63,964 nucleotides of DNA, filler included, from Choristocarpus tenellus KU-1152 (GCA_964200185.2; 12 parts of 12 records of this genome joined end to end with filler, not necessarily neighbours in it); one strand, 5' to 3'; positions 38,952 to 52,733 are shown, counted from the first letter of the whole stretch. A program made the numbers and translations. Notes: generated from the sequence alone by a model not told the origin.

Positions 38952-41036
38952 GTGAGGGTTGACAGTGAGGGTTGACAGGCAGCTTACTGTGGAAGCTTCT
39001 TGTCAAAATGTGCATGTGTGTGTGTATGAGAGAGAGAGAGAGAGAGAGAGATAGAGAGAGTTTTGTGCTTGTTTAGGGTAGAGGAAGTTTGTCATCTCTG
39101 GGGTTTTTTTTTATCAAAAAGTAAGAAGAGGTGCTAGTTTTTGAATTCAGAACAATATATTTTTTGTTTTTTTTCTGTTGTTGTAGATCTTTGTACTGTT
39201 TTATTCCAAGACTATTATTTATTAACTATTTCTGATTTTTTTTTTAATGTGTTCTGGTGCGTGCATTAATTGCTTGAGACTGTCCACATACTTGTAGTAC
39301 AGACACTGTGATAATTTAGATAACGATATTTTCATGTTGAGTCCTACTGTACTTTCTTATTTTATAGAGGGAACATCTACTAAATCTGATATACTTGGAA
39401 GTTCTAGGGTTGATTAGGCCGACACATTCCCCCTCCCCCCCAGCATCACTTCAATGAAGTTTTGTTTTTGTGGAGATTTTTTCTATGTCGGGTATTGTCA
39501 TTGTAGCCCTATTATAAACATCTTTATTTTATTAAAACGTGAATCTAAAATGTGGGACAAGTTGAAGTTGGGCATCAAGCATCCAGGCGCATGGCATGGC
39601 TGTATGTTCTGGAGACTCCACACTTCATTGCACACCTTTTTTTTTAGTGGAAAAAAAAAATACTTTGAAGAGTACAACGTTTTGTTACATTAAGATTAAG
39701 CCAATGTATGCGTTTGATTCAAATACGCAGTTTGATCTATTCGATACATACTGTTGATACATACTGTTGATACATACTGTTGTTGTTTTCCCACATAGAG
39801 TACATTTTTGAATTAATTCCTAAGGAGCACCTGCAAGATTTACCAAAAAAATAATAATAATATTAAAAAAATGTATGAGTAGGGTTGTCCACTATTTTAT
39901 TATTTTTATCATTGTGCACTCTGATGTTTTGCGGATGTGCCCGGGGAAAACTAATGAGAACTGTTCACAAATCTGAAGAAATTCCTTTAAAAATTGTAGT
40001 TGTCACAAGAGTGAAAATGTGTTAAATCTGTTTCTTATTTTACTATCTATATTGTGCTACTCCCTTCCTCTGTCTCAAACCTATTCCTGCACCCCCCAGG
40101 GTGAGGAGGTAGGGAAGCACCCCATGAATCTAACGAACCCCTCCTTGTCCATCTCCCTGGCGACTCCAGCTTAAAACACATGTTTTATAATCACACGATA
40201 ACACTGACATAATCATAATCACTTATCAAGCCTCGAACCCGATCAGGGTCCTCGCTGTGAAGTAATAAAAGTAATAGTAGTAATAAAGGTAAGAAATGTA
40301 ATAATAGTAGTAATAAAGATAATAAAACTACAGCAAGAGGGCTAACATCTTTGTGTAGAAACGGATCGCTTCCGGGGAGAAGAACCCCGCCACAGCACCC
40401 CCCAGGCGACGAGGCTGAACGCCCGGTGGATCGAGGAGCTCTCAGACAGTCTCTCGCTGACGCCTGCAACGGAGAACACGCTGTGATGTTGGGGTGGGTT
40501 CCTCCACCGGTAGTGATCCAATTGTGTGCAAAGGTGTTGGCCAGTGTCTTGCCGCTTGCAGTCTTTACGGCCTACGGGCAAGGAACCTGACCAGGTCAGG
40601 TACGAGGTTTGATAAGCGACATCACCCGTGTAAGTAGTTTGGCGGCGGCGGGGGGGGGTGGAGGGAGGTGTGATTGGAAAGGTTGTTGGTCTCACGGCGA
40701 TGTTGTCAGCGGTCGCGGGGGCTCAATCCAACGTGGCGGTCGGGTGGCTCTTCAAGCGTGTCTGTTCGGGACGGACGATGGTTGGTAAGAGTGTTAGCTG
40801 ATTGTCTCCTTTGAGGTTGATTCTAGAGTGCTCGACGGGAACGGGGGTGGGGTGGGAAATAAACCTTCTGGAAGGGGTGCAGGCACTGCAACTGGTGCAG
40901 TGNNNNNNNNNNNNNNNNNNNNNNNNNNNNNNNNNNNNNNNNNNNNTTAATTAATTAANNNNNNNNNNNNNNNNNNNNNNNNNNNNNNNNNNNNNNNNNN
41001 NNCCCCCCCCCCCCAGATACTTTGACCCTGAAATAC

Positions 41037-44000
41037 CTTCTCCTTGTCATAGGTGAATCCTCTCTTGTAGTCGGAGGTGTAGTCCATATCCTCCTCTCCA
41101 AAATTGAAGTGCGTCCGGGTCAGGGCCACCTTCACCATTTCCAGGCGGTATTGAGGACTTTGCGGCATATATAGGTTGGTGTGATGATACGTTTTGAAGG
41201 GAATCATTGCCAGTACATGTCACAGTACATAGTACATACCCTCTACCGCCAAAGATTGCCATTATTTCCTCATACTGGGCCGCCGACTGGCAACGTATTT
41301 TGATTATTCCACAGGAAAAAATAATACTTTTTTCACCCAATTTTTGCCAGTCTCAGGAAGGCCAAATCACTTTCAGTTAGTTTTGAATGGAATTTCAAGA
41401 TGTATCACTAGTGGTAATGACCCAAAGTATCTGTGGTGGGGGAGGGGTTCTACACCAGGGTGTCTGTTTGGGTCAAAATCAGGAAAAGTACATTTACATT
41501 ATCCATCCGACGTATGCGACCAAATCACCCAAAAATCGCGACATGAAAAAACTGACTCCAAATGGACAGCCGCCACCCCCCCCCCCAGATACTTTGAGCC
41601 AATTTAGACATAGATAAGGGAGCAGGAAGCCTCTTAGACTGCTGGAAACAATTGAGGCCATCTCACTTTTGAGACCATCTCACTTTCAGCTTTCGGTTTT
41701 TCTCAACATCAGGCCCCCGTATTTCTCCCTCTGGAACTTGCAAGTCCATTTGCTCGTGGGCCATTGATTTATACTTGGTCTCTGCATTCCCAAACCATAG
41801 GCTGGTGCTTTTGATCATTGACTTTACCTGCAAAAGCGTGTGTATTAGGGTTGGGGAGGGTGAAGAGGGAAATCGAATTATTTGTGATGGTGTAAGAATG
41901 CAGAGGTGCTGATTGGTGAATGCTACTTCAAGTTCCGATAGGTGTGGTGGGGGTGTTTTAAAAGACCGGTTGTATCCCATGACCTACGTATCAATTAATG
42001 TATTGTTCTGGGAAAGCTCTTTTACTCTTGAGGCCATCCTTGCAAGCAATCAGATATTGCTAATCTACTGAGGCTACAAGCCCGACCATCAAGAGCAAGT
42101 ACGTTTCTGTAACAGTTCTGAACTCATATTCCTATGGAACCTCCCTATTTGAAAGTTATGTCTAAGGCTAACATTCTGTTCTGTTCAACAGCATCATACT
42201 CTCGTGTGTTTGAACTAATACCTGTGTACATGGTATTTCGCAATAGAGTTCAAGCACATTCTTCACAATTGAATGAGATTCGGTGCATATTGTGCATGGC
42301 ACATCAAGTCAATGGGGTGCAGTCGACCTGCAGCCTATACAAACCCCTCAATCTTTTCATGTTTTATCAGATGAGGAAGTGTATCAGGGGTAGATTCAGA
42401 GCACCTTTTTGACATTGCAGGGACTATATAAATATATCGAAAAAAATCGTTCTTGGTCTTGAAGCATCAATTTTGTCGGGGAAACACAAGAGTATATTGA
42501 CCTGGCAGCTATTTGGGACACCCTCTTGTAACGGCAGGTGTGTAAGGGGGTTGCTTTTGGTTGTTAGTTCAAGAGACTAATATAATGCATTAGTGTAGAA
42601 ACATCTTGCAGATGATGATGAGCAGGCAAACATCACATGTTCCTCCACATGGACACTGAAAGGGCACAAGGCGATAATGTTGACCTCTCAACAATTGTTG
42701 GTGGGAGAGGTCCTTCAATCCTGGAAGCTTACACCAATAAGTTAGGTAGGTCATTGGTAAACATCCTTGACATGGCTTGAAAGAAAATAACGAAATGTGC
42801 AAATTGTGCTTCTGGTGATTGGGTGATCTGGTACAGTACCGTGATAGAGCTCTAGATACTTGCCCTATTGCTATTGCAAACATCTCAAGTGCCCGTCCTA
42901 TGTTGTATCCCACGAGGGGAAGGAGATGGTGAAGATTTATCAGTTTACGTCAATGTTCAAGTAGGGGCATCTACACAAAGATTTCTCAGAGATATTGCAC
43001 TATATTTTCCTGCATCCATTCTAGAGCAACTCACAGGACCCTGTAAACTTTGAAATCGCGGACCAACAGAAGCCAACAAGGAAAGCAAGCACATACACAG
43101 TTTACTACTACATTATCAATATCCCAAGGCACTGACAATGACAGCTACTGAGCTGTGCGGCACCCTGGGATGCACCCCCACCTCGTTGTTAAGTACCCCA
43201 GTGTACTCATGCACCCTTCCAGTTGGGTCTGGGAGCTCGCTCGCCCGTCCGTAGTCCACATCTTCATCTCCAAACACAAAATGCGTTCGTGTAAGCGCCT
43301 TTGAGGAGAAAATTGAGTCAATTTGACAGGTGGCATTTGTGATCAAAGTCAACAAGTGCAAGGGCAGGGTGACAGGGAGGCAATTCTCAGGCATGTGCAC
43401 CTTCTATGTCTGTTATAGACCGGAATCTCTCTCTTCCTTGAAATGTATTGTGTCAGATTGTGCGACCAACCGAGATGTGTTCTTTTTCCCAACAGCACAT
43501 TATGCTTCCACCAGAGGTGCTCACCTGCTGGCACAGGTGAGCGACTCTACATACTGTCTATACATCCTCTAACGAATTTAGTCTGTAGTCGTATCTATTG
43601 TTCGCTGCATACCAAATGCCTAGAAGCAGTAGGGTGTCGATGTGTTCTGCAAACATGTAAAGAGTCAAAGTATCTTAGAGGGTAGAGCCTTGTCTGTTTG
43701 GGAGCCAAAGTCCATTGTTGTGATTTTGATGTAATCTTGGCTATTGTGTTTGTTAGGAAGTGTCACTATCCTTGATCCGGGGACACCTTTTCATACTGTA
43801 TACATTTAACCTACTCCGAAACATTTTGGAGTAGGAAAAATGTCGTAAAAAACCCATGGGAAGCCAAGCCCCAACCGGACAAACAGGGCAAAACTCGTAC
43901 CCTATAAGATACTTTCACTCTTAATTTATAGCTTGATTCTCCACTGCACTCTAATCAAGATGCAAGTAAATGTTCATAAAAAAGTAACTGCATCCTAATA

Positions 44001-45690
44001 TTCATCATGTGGGTGCATCAGAAGTAACAACTGCTTGCAATGGAATGTTTTTGCGAGTTGCTGCCTGTTTTTTTAATGATTTTATTGTGCTTCTGCCGAG
44101 GAAAGTCTCCCTTCATTGGAAAATACTCCAGAGTATTTTGCTAGGCTCTTCCCCCCATAGTAGTTTCCAGGTTTGGTCTATTTGGTCACCTGTTTAAGGT
44201 CCCTATTCCTCTGCTCATCCGGTCCCCTTGGTGGAGCACCAAGTATGTCCTGCTGACGGCTCATGGCATCTGTCTCATACAACACCTTTTCGTTTGTAGT
44301 GAAATATTGGCAAGTATATGCGTGCAGGTCAGAGATAGATGTTCTTGTTTGTTTATAAGCGCATCACTAGGTGCAGAGAAGTACACTTTGGCAAACTGTT
44401 GTCATAGGACAGGATGGGGCATTTCAGGAGGGATTGAAAAGATCGCCAATGACTCTCTCTCTACCTGATGTATTATATATGCACAACACAAGGGGCATTT
44501 GAAGCAGTAGATGCATTGGCGGTACAGTGCTGAGGAAATTGCTCGTTGTGTAACTCTTCAGAGTTATTGGGATCTTGCCAAAATAGCACAAGCCTAGGAT
44601 GTCGATAATTCATATTCAGTGTTTGTTTTGCCATATAACTCAACTACCAACTTTCGGCGACGAACCTTACATGCGCCAGGTTTCTCAACATAGAATATAT
44701 TATATGTTGATCCTCTGAACATAAGGGATCCAACAGATACGGAGAGAGCTTAACGGCACTTACGCATGAGGTGTGTGAGGCAAGTAACTCTGGACAAAAG
44801 AGAGTGAAACGCAAGAAACCTATGAGGGTCGGTGGTATCAATGTATTAGTCGTGCATCTAATAGAGAACGATAGATTGCACATGACGGAGGAAGCACTCG
44901 ATTGACTGGTAGGAGGGGGATTGCGAGGAGATGCACCTTTGCTGAGCCCATCGCAATCGACGTCCTCGTGTTGTGTAGTTTTCTTTCCCGCAGTTGTGTT
45001 GCCATTGTGCTACGATCTGGTACCTGGGGCTCAGAAGTTTTGGAGATTCTAGAGCGATCAGGGTAGGGAGTGGGAAGTGCTTGGTGCGGGAAACACAATT
45101 CTGAATTTATTCCGCTATATACAATAAATATCAACATGCTCTAGGTAATGGTTAACGCTGTGAGAGATGTGGGTCCATTGTGGACATGCAAGCTGGTCGA
45201 GTGCAATATTTCTTACTATACCTGTTAACTGTAATGCGGTTTCCAGGTCACACATTTGAGGACGACGGGCGTACCTCGTTCAGTCTGGCCGCTACATACT
45301 CCGTCCCCGAACGCGTCGTTGTTTCGAATCGCCGACTGGGGTTGCCCCCATTTAGCTGTTCACTAGGGTGAGGCTGACCAGTCATTATAGCATACTTCAT
45401 CTGTGAGTTGATTGAAATGCGTAAGAGTGGTCGTAATGTGAGTCTTCCTCGCCCAGAGACGTTCAATACTCCACAGAGTTTCAACTAGTGCATCCATCTT
45501 CGGAAGAGCTAATACCACGGCGATGAATTTGAGCCGAGGGACGTGTAATCGAGAACATGTTGATGTGACAGGTACACAAGCAAAGCATGACTAGAACAGG
45601 TGAATTACACGTAGCCCGACAAGTACAGTTGCAACCTCCTTTACGAGAATCGTCGACCAGGAGCTGGATGAGCGACCAAATTTCGATCAC
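41037..45690 (-). CDS. Repeat-containing protein, putative ciliary microtubule-inner protein (TEX45/SAXO-like); exons 45690-45645, 45362-45300, 45048-44937, 44285-44190, 43298-43182, 41827-41684, 41129-41037; partial
   Basis: Phase-consistent exon chain with recurring units TRTSIAMG...YET, ALTRTHFVFG....Y, IKSTSLWFG....YKS, ALTRTHFNFG....YTS, and RGPD twice; function is inference. Confidence 0.7.
41419..41600 (+). mobile_element. MITE family B, full copy (about 182 bp), intronic
   Basis: GACCCAAAGTATCTG.G-tract / C-tract.CAGATACTTTGAGCC; flanks AAT...AAT. Confidence 0.9.
43662..43920 (-). mobile_element. MITE family A, intronic
   Basis: Full TIRs; flanks TAAA/TTAA. Confidence 0.92.
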
Positions 45691-46089
45691 CTGGTATTTG
45701 GCCAACATGTTGGGTGAGGGAGTGAGGGATCAGGATCGTTCCCTCACTCCCTCGTGTCACCTCTTCCCTATCCGTGCTTGTCTGTTCAGTCAATGCTACA
45801 GGTTAGTTAGCTTTAATAAAGCCCAGGTCTTGGGGGTGCTGAAGGGGTAATATCGAGGGATTTGGATTTCAGATCGGTCAAAGATCAGGGCGTTCTTGTT
45901 TCCATACTGCGTTTTCGACATTGTCGATACCAATTTCTATCGAAGAGAGTTTCAACAACCATGAAACGGCCGAAATCCGACAACACAACACGCCTCCACT
46001 CCATTTCTCATTCTTTAGATACTTCGTACCTCTAAGATTTGAGCTCGAGCACACTTTGTACTCAATAAGGAAGGAATTAAGGCCAAACT

Positions 46090-49000
46090 ATGAGCTGGCC
46101 ATCAAAAAAGACGTTAGTTATAGTTGGACCTGGGGGATGGGCTTGGTGGGGGTCGTGGTCGCGTATGACCATGACAATGGTACTCCTTTTCGATTTAATA
46201 TCTTATTTTGCACATGGCACAACAAGGATTGGTGCGACACAACTCGAAGAAAAGACAGGATTGGGGACACGCACCGAAGATGGTTGGTCAGAGACAAGGC
46301 GTACCGCCATATCTGAAGCAGGTATCGAGAGGGTAAGAATAATCCGCTGGGAATGCCAAGGCCGTCTCCTCTAAGTTCGAGCGTGATGTTCGTAGGTTCA
46401 TTCCATACCATCCAAGATCCCAGGACAACGAATTCTGCTCGTCTCTAAGCCTCGACCGAAATTGATCTCCTTAGATACTTCCCCTCCTTGCTCGGTATGT
46501 CCCTGTTGCAGGTAATGCTAATATATAAGGGGCCTTGCTTTGAGGAGACAGCCTTAGGTTTACAGATGGGTTTGGCCCAAATTGGTGTCCCCTCACATGT
46601 GTCGGTGGTGTCTGAGGACGAATACTGGGCTCCCATCTTCAGGAAGAAGGAGGTGGGTGAAAACTAAATGCAATCAACATCCAACCATAAGCTCGTTCTT
46701 CCTCTCCTCAGAATAATGTGGTGTAGGCAAGGGTAGTAGTCTGGTGGTTCTCGATAGTACTCTCTACAAAAACTTGGAGCACTATTTAATGCATCGCAAC
46801 CCTTCCATTGCTATAATGTAAGGGTCTTACGTACTGCTAATGCACAACACTGTGTCCTGTCTGATGAATGCCCTTAGCTCACCCACAATCAACCGTCAAC
46901 TCTACTGGGCTAGATCCTCTTCATACTCCTTGGGGGTAACCTTCACTGGCCGAGCGTACCAGCGATGTACGTCGTCCTGCAGCTGGAACAAGTGCACGGG
47001 CACTGGACACAACAATTGGAGTACCAGGTTAGATGATCCAAATTCAATCCAGAACAAAGCGAGGGACTTCTATTCTTGCCTGGACAACCTTCGATCTTCA
47101 CATCTTGTTATTGCAGAACGAGTTATAAATACAACAAAAAATAACTCTCCTGAGCACAAGCTATTGAGAGTTAAAGGTGGATATTGATGAGCGCTTCACA
47201 GTCCAATAGAATGTGTCAGATGCAACAAAATTTGGCATATAATAGTATGGTTGTCCCAATATTGAAAGTGTGAGTTTGTTTAGGTTGAATGTATTCACCA
47301 TCAGCCAAACTAGCTATCAATGCACTTACTTTGGGACAAGAATATTCTCCAATTAAAGATATAGATGTGTAGGACAGAAACGACATCAATTAGAGAGCGG
47401 TGGTGCTCTATATTGGGCTCTGTACAAACGGTTAATTTGTTTCTTTGTTTAGTATCAAGATGTGAAAAACAATTGTGAGGTGTTAATCTGTTGTTGATCT
47501 CTTGGCCACTCAAGGATGCTATCAATAATATGGATGAACATATGATGTAGCCCAAGGTATTACATGCAGTTATTGATATATACACATTCATGAGGTGCTG
47601 ATAGCAATCTGATGCACCAGATCTGCAATGGAAAAGTCCTACTTCCGTCTGCTACAGACAGCCTTCCTCTCAGGACTAGGATTGAAGCCTTGCTTGAGCT
47701 GTGAAAAAATGAAGAACAGAGTGCTGATTTTGTAAATTGAAAACGTTTCAAACATTCATCCTGGTCTTTGATGTAGTCATGGAAGGGATAACAGGCAGTG
47801 CGGATCATGCCCACAGTCCTAATCTGTCTTATTGTCTCACCACTATCAAACAGTTTTTTTGGGGGGAAACTCTTAAAATGGAACTTTTAAACTGCAAATT
47901 TTGAAGGGCAAAGTGTAAAGTCACCAAATTGATACAATACAACATGGTGGAAACCAATAAATGAGAGCAAAGACCGTTTCATGACCCCACAGGTCGTCCT
48001 GAACAATGCCCTTGGAATTTGGGACTTTTCTGAGATAGGCGCTCAGATTTTCGCATCGGCTGGTCTCTTCACCTGGGTTGTACCTGTTTTCCCCTCTCCA
48101 GCCAGTAGTATCGCTTCGGCATCGTATCGTGACCTGTCGCAGCCCACACCTCCGGAGGAGCAAAGGATAGGTAGGATGTGTGTTGGGCATCTTCTTTTTG
48201 TGTGACAATTAAAAAGAATAGTTTGAATGACTCGAACAGGTGATTGGACAGAGTGGTCCAATCAACATGGCTGATATGCTGGAGATAGTCCGAGGATTTT
48301 ATGGAACAGTGCATAGCAGTGTGTTTTGACCTGAGCAAGGGTGATGGAGAGGGCTTCACCTTGATGGATTTCAACAATAAAAATATAAATAGAGGATAGT
48401 GTTAACAAGGGGGGGAAGGGAAGTTTGCAGAGTGGAGGTGTTCTATTTGCCAAGTGCGACAAACAATTCATTCCATTTCATCCCAATGCTCCAATCACAC
48501 CATACCCCTCACCTGATCTTCCTTTCATCATCATAAAAAAGGAAAGCACCAGTGCTACTGTTATCTTAATGTCAATATACTTACTGTTATTCATACTGTT
48601 ATCATTATTGTTATTATCATCATTATTATTATCTTAATGTTATTATTGTTGTTAATATTATTATCTCAGTGTTATTATTATTGTGATTGTTATTATCTTC
48701 ATGTTTTTTTATCATCATTAATATATCATTATCAGTGTATATTTTCATTATTAGCCCTAGCATCACCATCACCCCTCCAAACCCAAACCCTGCTGCATCC
48801 ATTCTGAAACAAGACTTTGACCTAACACCCTGCCCCGAGAAAAACTATCCCTCCACTTGCTTTGCCTGCAGTGTGTATAATTGTATAATTGACTTGACGT
48901 TAGTCTACACCCACCCTATCACCTGAGCCAGCTCATCACCCCCCACTGCCTGCTGGTGATACCAAAACTGTACAAAAAGATCTTCTGTTTTTTGGAGCTC

Positions 49001-51153
49001 GTGGCGAGCGGCGCACAGCGATTTTGAATATCCTCCAAGAGGCCTCTGGCATAGGCCTGGTGTACTCCCATGATGAGGTATGGGTCGGTGGTGTTAGTTT
49101 AAGAGAATATCGAGGGGTCAGTGACAACTCTTGTTCTTGTTGGAGGCGTGATTACACTACTGCATTCAAATACTTCCTCTAAATCCAATATACAATCAGT
49201 TCAAATATGCTCTCAACGAGAGAGGTTCTAAAAGCGTAGGTAAGGAGATTGCCCCAGGTTATGGTTGGAGATGAAAAATAACCCCCCTGTTTTTGTGTCC
49301 CCGACGTGGAGCGGCGAGGGGGTAAGACGTTGTAAGATTGCCCCAAAAGGGTGACAATGACAAGGTGGGGGGTTGTTTCAATCTTTTCATTACCTCTGAC
49401 AGCAAGGATGGCGAATTACTGACAACAAGTTTGGGCTAGGGTTAACCCTATTTACGAAGGGTAGCATGGTGGTAATGCTGCTCACAGGCCCCCCCAACCA
49501 ATCATCACACAGCATAACAGAAATGTGATAAGTTTTTGTAGGGGGTAAAGCCTATCTTGGAGGCGCCCCTATACTGCTGGAGCATTGAAAATACATCATT
49601 CTTCAGATGAATATATGTAGGTGGAGGTAGAGAGATAGAGATAGAGATAGAGTCAAAGTATTGTATAAGGAGGCACTCTTGTCATTACGGGGTCTATGTG
49701 CCTATTCTCTATTAGCATCTCTTATGCCCCTTCATTCTCCAATCCAACAAAAAAAACATCGACCCAAGGGATCTCTTCTTCTACTCCAGAGCACATCCAC
49801 AGGCTGCTGATGTGGGTTTACTGAATTTGGGCAATATAGATGGAGTATCAGACATCACGTTGACAAGCCCCTTAACATTGAAATGGGCAAAATAGGACAC
49901 CAAAATCCACCCCCCTATGTGCATGTTTATATGTGTAGATAAATAATGTATGCATGTAGACAATGTACAAGTGATTATGGAGATACGAGTATTTTTGAAG
50001 GATATATCAGCACTCGATAGTCTAGTTCATTTACTTCTATTTTTTTGTTTTTCTGTCTTTCTTACCACCTTGTATGGCATTAAAAACCTTCCTTAGACAA
50101 ACAGTCGATGTAAATCAGTTATTGCTCACTGCTTCTGGGGGGAATCTACTACTATGATGGATATCTAAGTACAAAATAGTATAACCCTAGGACTCCTAGT
50201 TGCACGGGGAAAGCATTAGGGGATTGAAACTTATTGCATAGGCAGTGCAAGCTTGGACTAGGGCTAACAGCACATGCGATATCTATCATACTTCTTCGAA
50301 GTACTCGGTATTGGTACCTTGTGCTTGGTACTTGGTACATGGTACTTAGTGCACTACACTCCTGCACATTGTGGCATTCTGCATACTAAAACGAAGCTTA
50401 CCAAGTTTCATTCATACCCTAAAGTACTTTGGTTGCTGATACACACCCACACCGACTTGCTTCTGCACTGTGTGATAGTCTCCTGTTTCTTGCTTGGTGT
50501 TGGTGACTGAAGAAGTGAATCAAACTCGCTTGTCAAGGGAGTTCTAAAAGCTAGACCTGCTTTTTCGGTCTCTTGCAGCTCTTCGGTGCGGAGCGTGATG
50601 AGGTTGTCCTGAAATCCAAAGTTGTACTCAATGTCCACTACTATGATCATTCTTCACTGGAGGTGAGTCGTGATGCACCTTGATGGATTCATTCGGGTGG
50701 TCAAAGCAAGGGAGGATACATCACATTGCTGCATACAACCATCATGAGGGGAGTACCAATACTCCAGTTGATGAGAGAGATTGGGACAAAGACACCTAGT
50801 CCAGATAATGGCTCTCTCATTGATTTCTTGATGCTTTGATATTTTTTCATTTAATTTCTTATACACCTTGTGAAGGGTTGAGATAACACACGTTGGAGTA
50901 ATTCATTTCAGGATTAATGTTTGGTTCCATCTCGTCACCTTTGACAAATATTGTTATAGCTGCATTTATTCAGTACGAGTCAAGGTATATACAGTAGAAA
51001 TTATTGTACTTGGTACATTCTACTTTGCTTATTGCATCTCTGCCTGGGACTTTACTGTTCCACTTTCCAAAGGTGCACCGGATTAACTACCTCCTGGCCA
51101 TGGGAAAGTGCGTTGTGACTGAACCAGGCATTGATCACGATCTTGACACCAAG
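46090..51153 (+). CDS. CgeB/Glyco_trans_1_2-like glycosyltransferase; exons 46914-47027, 47993-48170, 48980-49077, 50579-50662, 51073-51153; 5' part near 46090-46370 tentative; 3' partial
   Basis: Spliced PAMYVVLQLEQ...YQ|VVLNNALGIWDFS...RI|DLLFFGARGERRTAIL...|LFGAERDEVVLKSKVVLNVHYY...LE|VHRINYLLAMGKCVVTE; all junctions phase-compatible. Confidence 0.82.
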
Positions 51154-52441
51154 GTGAAGAGGAGAAGCATGTTGTTCTCTCAAGCAAATGAAGTATGATT
51201 GCGAGATTCTAGTGCTGATATCTTGACAGAATTTTCCTTGCGGATCCATAAATTTGGCCCAAAGTATCTGTGGGGGGGGGGGGGGGGGGGGGGGGGGATG
51301 GGGGGGGCACACGCAGGACCCCCCGTCACCCCAGCAAACCACATGGCGTCTTTTGCTTTTGAAAAANNNNNNNNNNNNNNNNNNNNNNNNNNNNNNNNNN
51401 NNNNNNNNNNTTAATTAATTAANNNNNNNNNNNNNNNNNNNNNNNNNNNNNNNNNNNNNNNNNNNNACGTGCGTTAGCCTGTGAATTGGATTTGACTTGT
51501 ACATCCTGGAAAGGTGAGCATTGAGGGGTGCCTGTAACATTAGGTGGTATGACAAGACAAAAGATGGGGCAGACACCTCTGGATCCAGAAGCTAGACTGG
51601 GGCAGGGTCAAACAAGCCAAGGTAGTAGTGACCCTAACTGTGCCTTGCCCATATAAGCCACAAGTGCCTTCCGACCTATTGACCTACATGTTGGTTTGAG
51701 TGTACCGTTTCCAGAGCAGCTAAAACTCTTTAATCCAGTGCTCACCAGTGTGCTGTCTCGGTCCCAAAGTGCCCCCAGGCATAACGATCATGAAGGCTGA
51801 AAGTATTTCAGGAAAATAGCGCACAGGTCGGGATTTACAAGGTATGGTGTTGGCAGTCGCCTCTAGAACAGAATTTGTCCTGCTCTAACTTTTGATCGGA
51901 GAGGATTTTTCGTCAAAATAAAGCTGTTTCTCCTCTCCCAGGACGAGTGTTTTCTCGAGAGAAGAAGAGTCATGATCCTCCATGTCTCATCTGTCTGTGT
52001 GCAACCCTGGACTCTTCGTTGTTATTGTAGCTCCACTGTTATGGCTAAAAGCTCATCAGACAGCAGCCAGCCAGCCAGCCCTCATCATCTTAGGTTGGCC
52101 AAGAATACATGTTCTCCATCGTAGTCATGACCCCTCTTTGATTTTTTGTTCCGCAGTGATTGACTCGTCCACTCGATCAAGCGCGAGTCCCCCTCTCGAC
52201 ACAAGGCAATCACCAGCGCGTACGCTCTGTCCAACCTCTTCCTTCGACTTCTGTGAAACTTGAAGCCTGGAGGTAGAGACCACACACGATATCCAGCATG
52301 TCCTTCAACAGAGGGGCTTCCGCAGCCATTGTGCCGAGTTCTGCATGGACAGTCTACATTGTAATGAGCTGCATGCGAAGGTCAAGGTCCGAAAGCCTCG
52401 TACAGTGTATTGTTAACAGTCATCATTATGATAACATCACA

Positions 52442-52733
52442 GGTCTTGATAAATTTCGAGGTGATGCAAGGCGTCCTGGTGGGTGATCAGCACATCAAAT
52501 TAAAGGTGAGATTTTATGCAGTGAGATTGGGGCAAAAAAATCTGGTCGCAAAAAAAAAACTTGATATGATTTTCAGCGATTTTTATTTTTTTGCAATTGA
52601 ACCTTTCAGCATTTACTAACTCAACACGAAGTAATTTGCGACCAGATTTCTTTGCCCCAAACGATGGCATTTAATCTCAACTTTAATTTGATGTGCTGAT
52701 CACGCCTTGCATCACCTCGAAATTTATCAAGGC
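52442..52733. mobile_element. Foldback/MITE with about 105-bp TIRs
   Basis: CTTGATAAATTTCGAGGTGATGCAAGGCGT...TGATCAGCACATCAAATTAAAG...TTGGGGCAAA.AAATCTGGTCGCAAA is inverted at about 52635-52733; no clear TSD. Confidence 0.85.

Noticed and set aside
46908-49127. Minus-strand exon chain (e.g. PVHLFQLQDDVHRWYARP..., ORF 48936-49127)
   Set aside because: These are antisense shadows of plus-strand glycosyltransferase exons, which have recognisable motifs and consistent phases.
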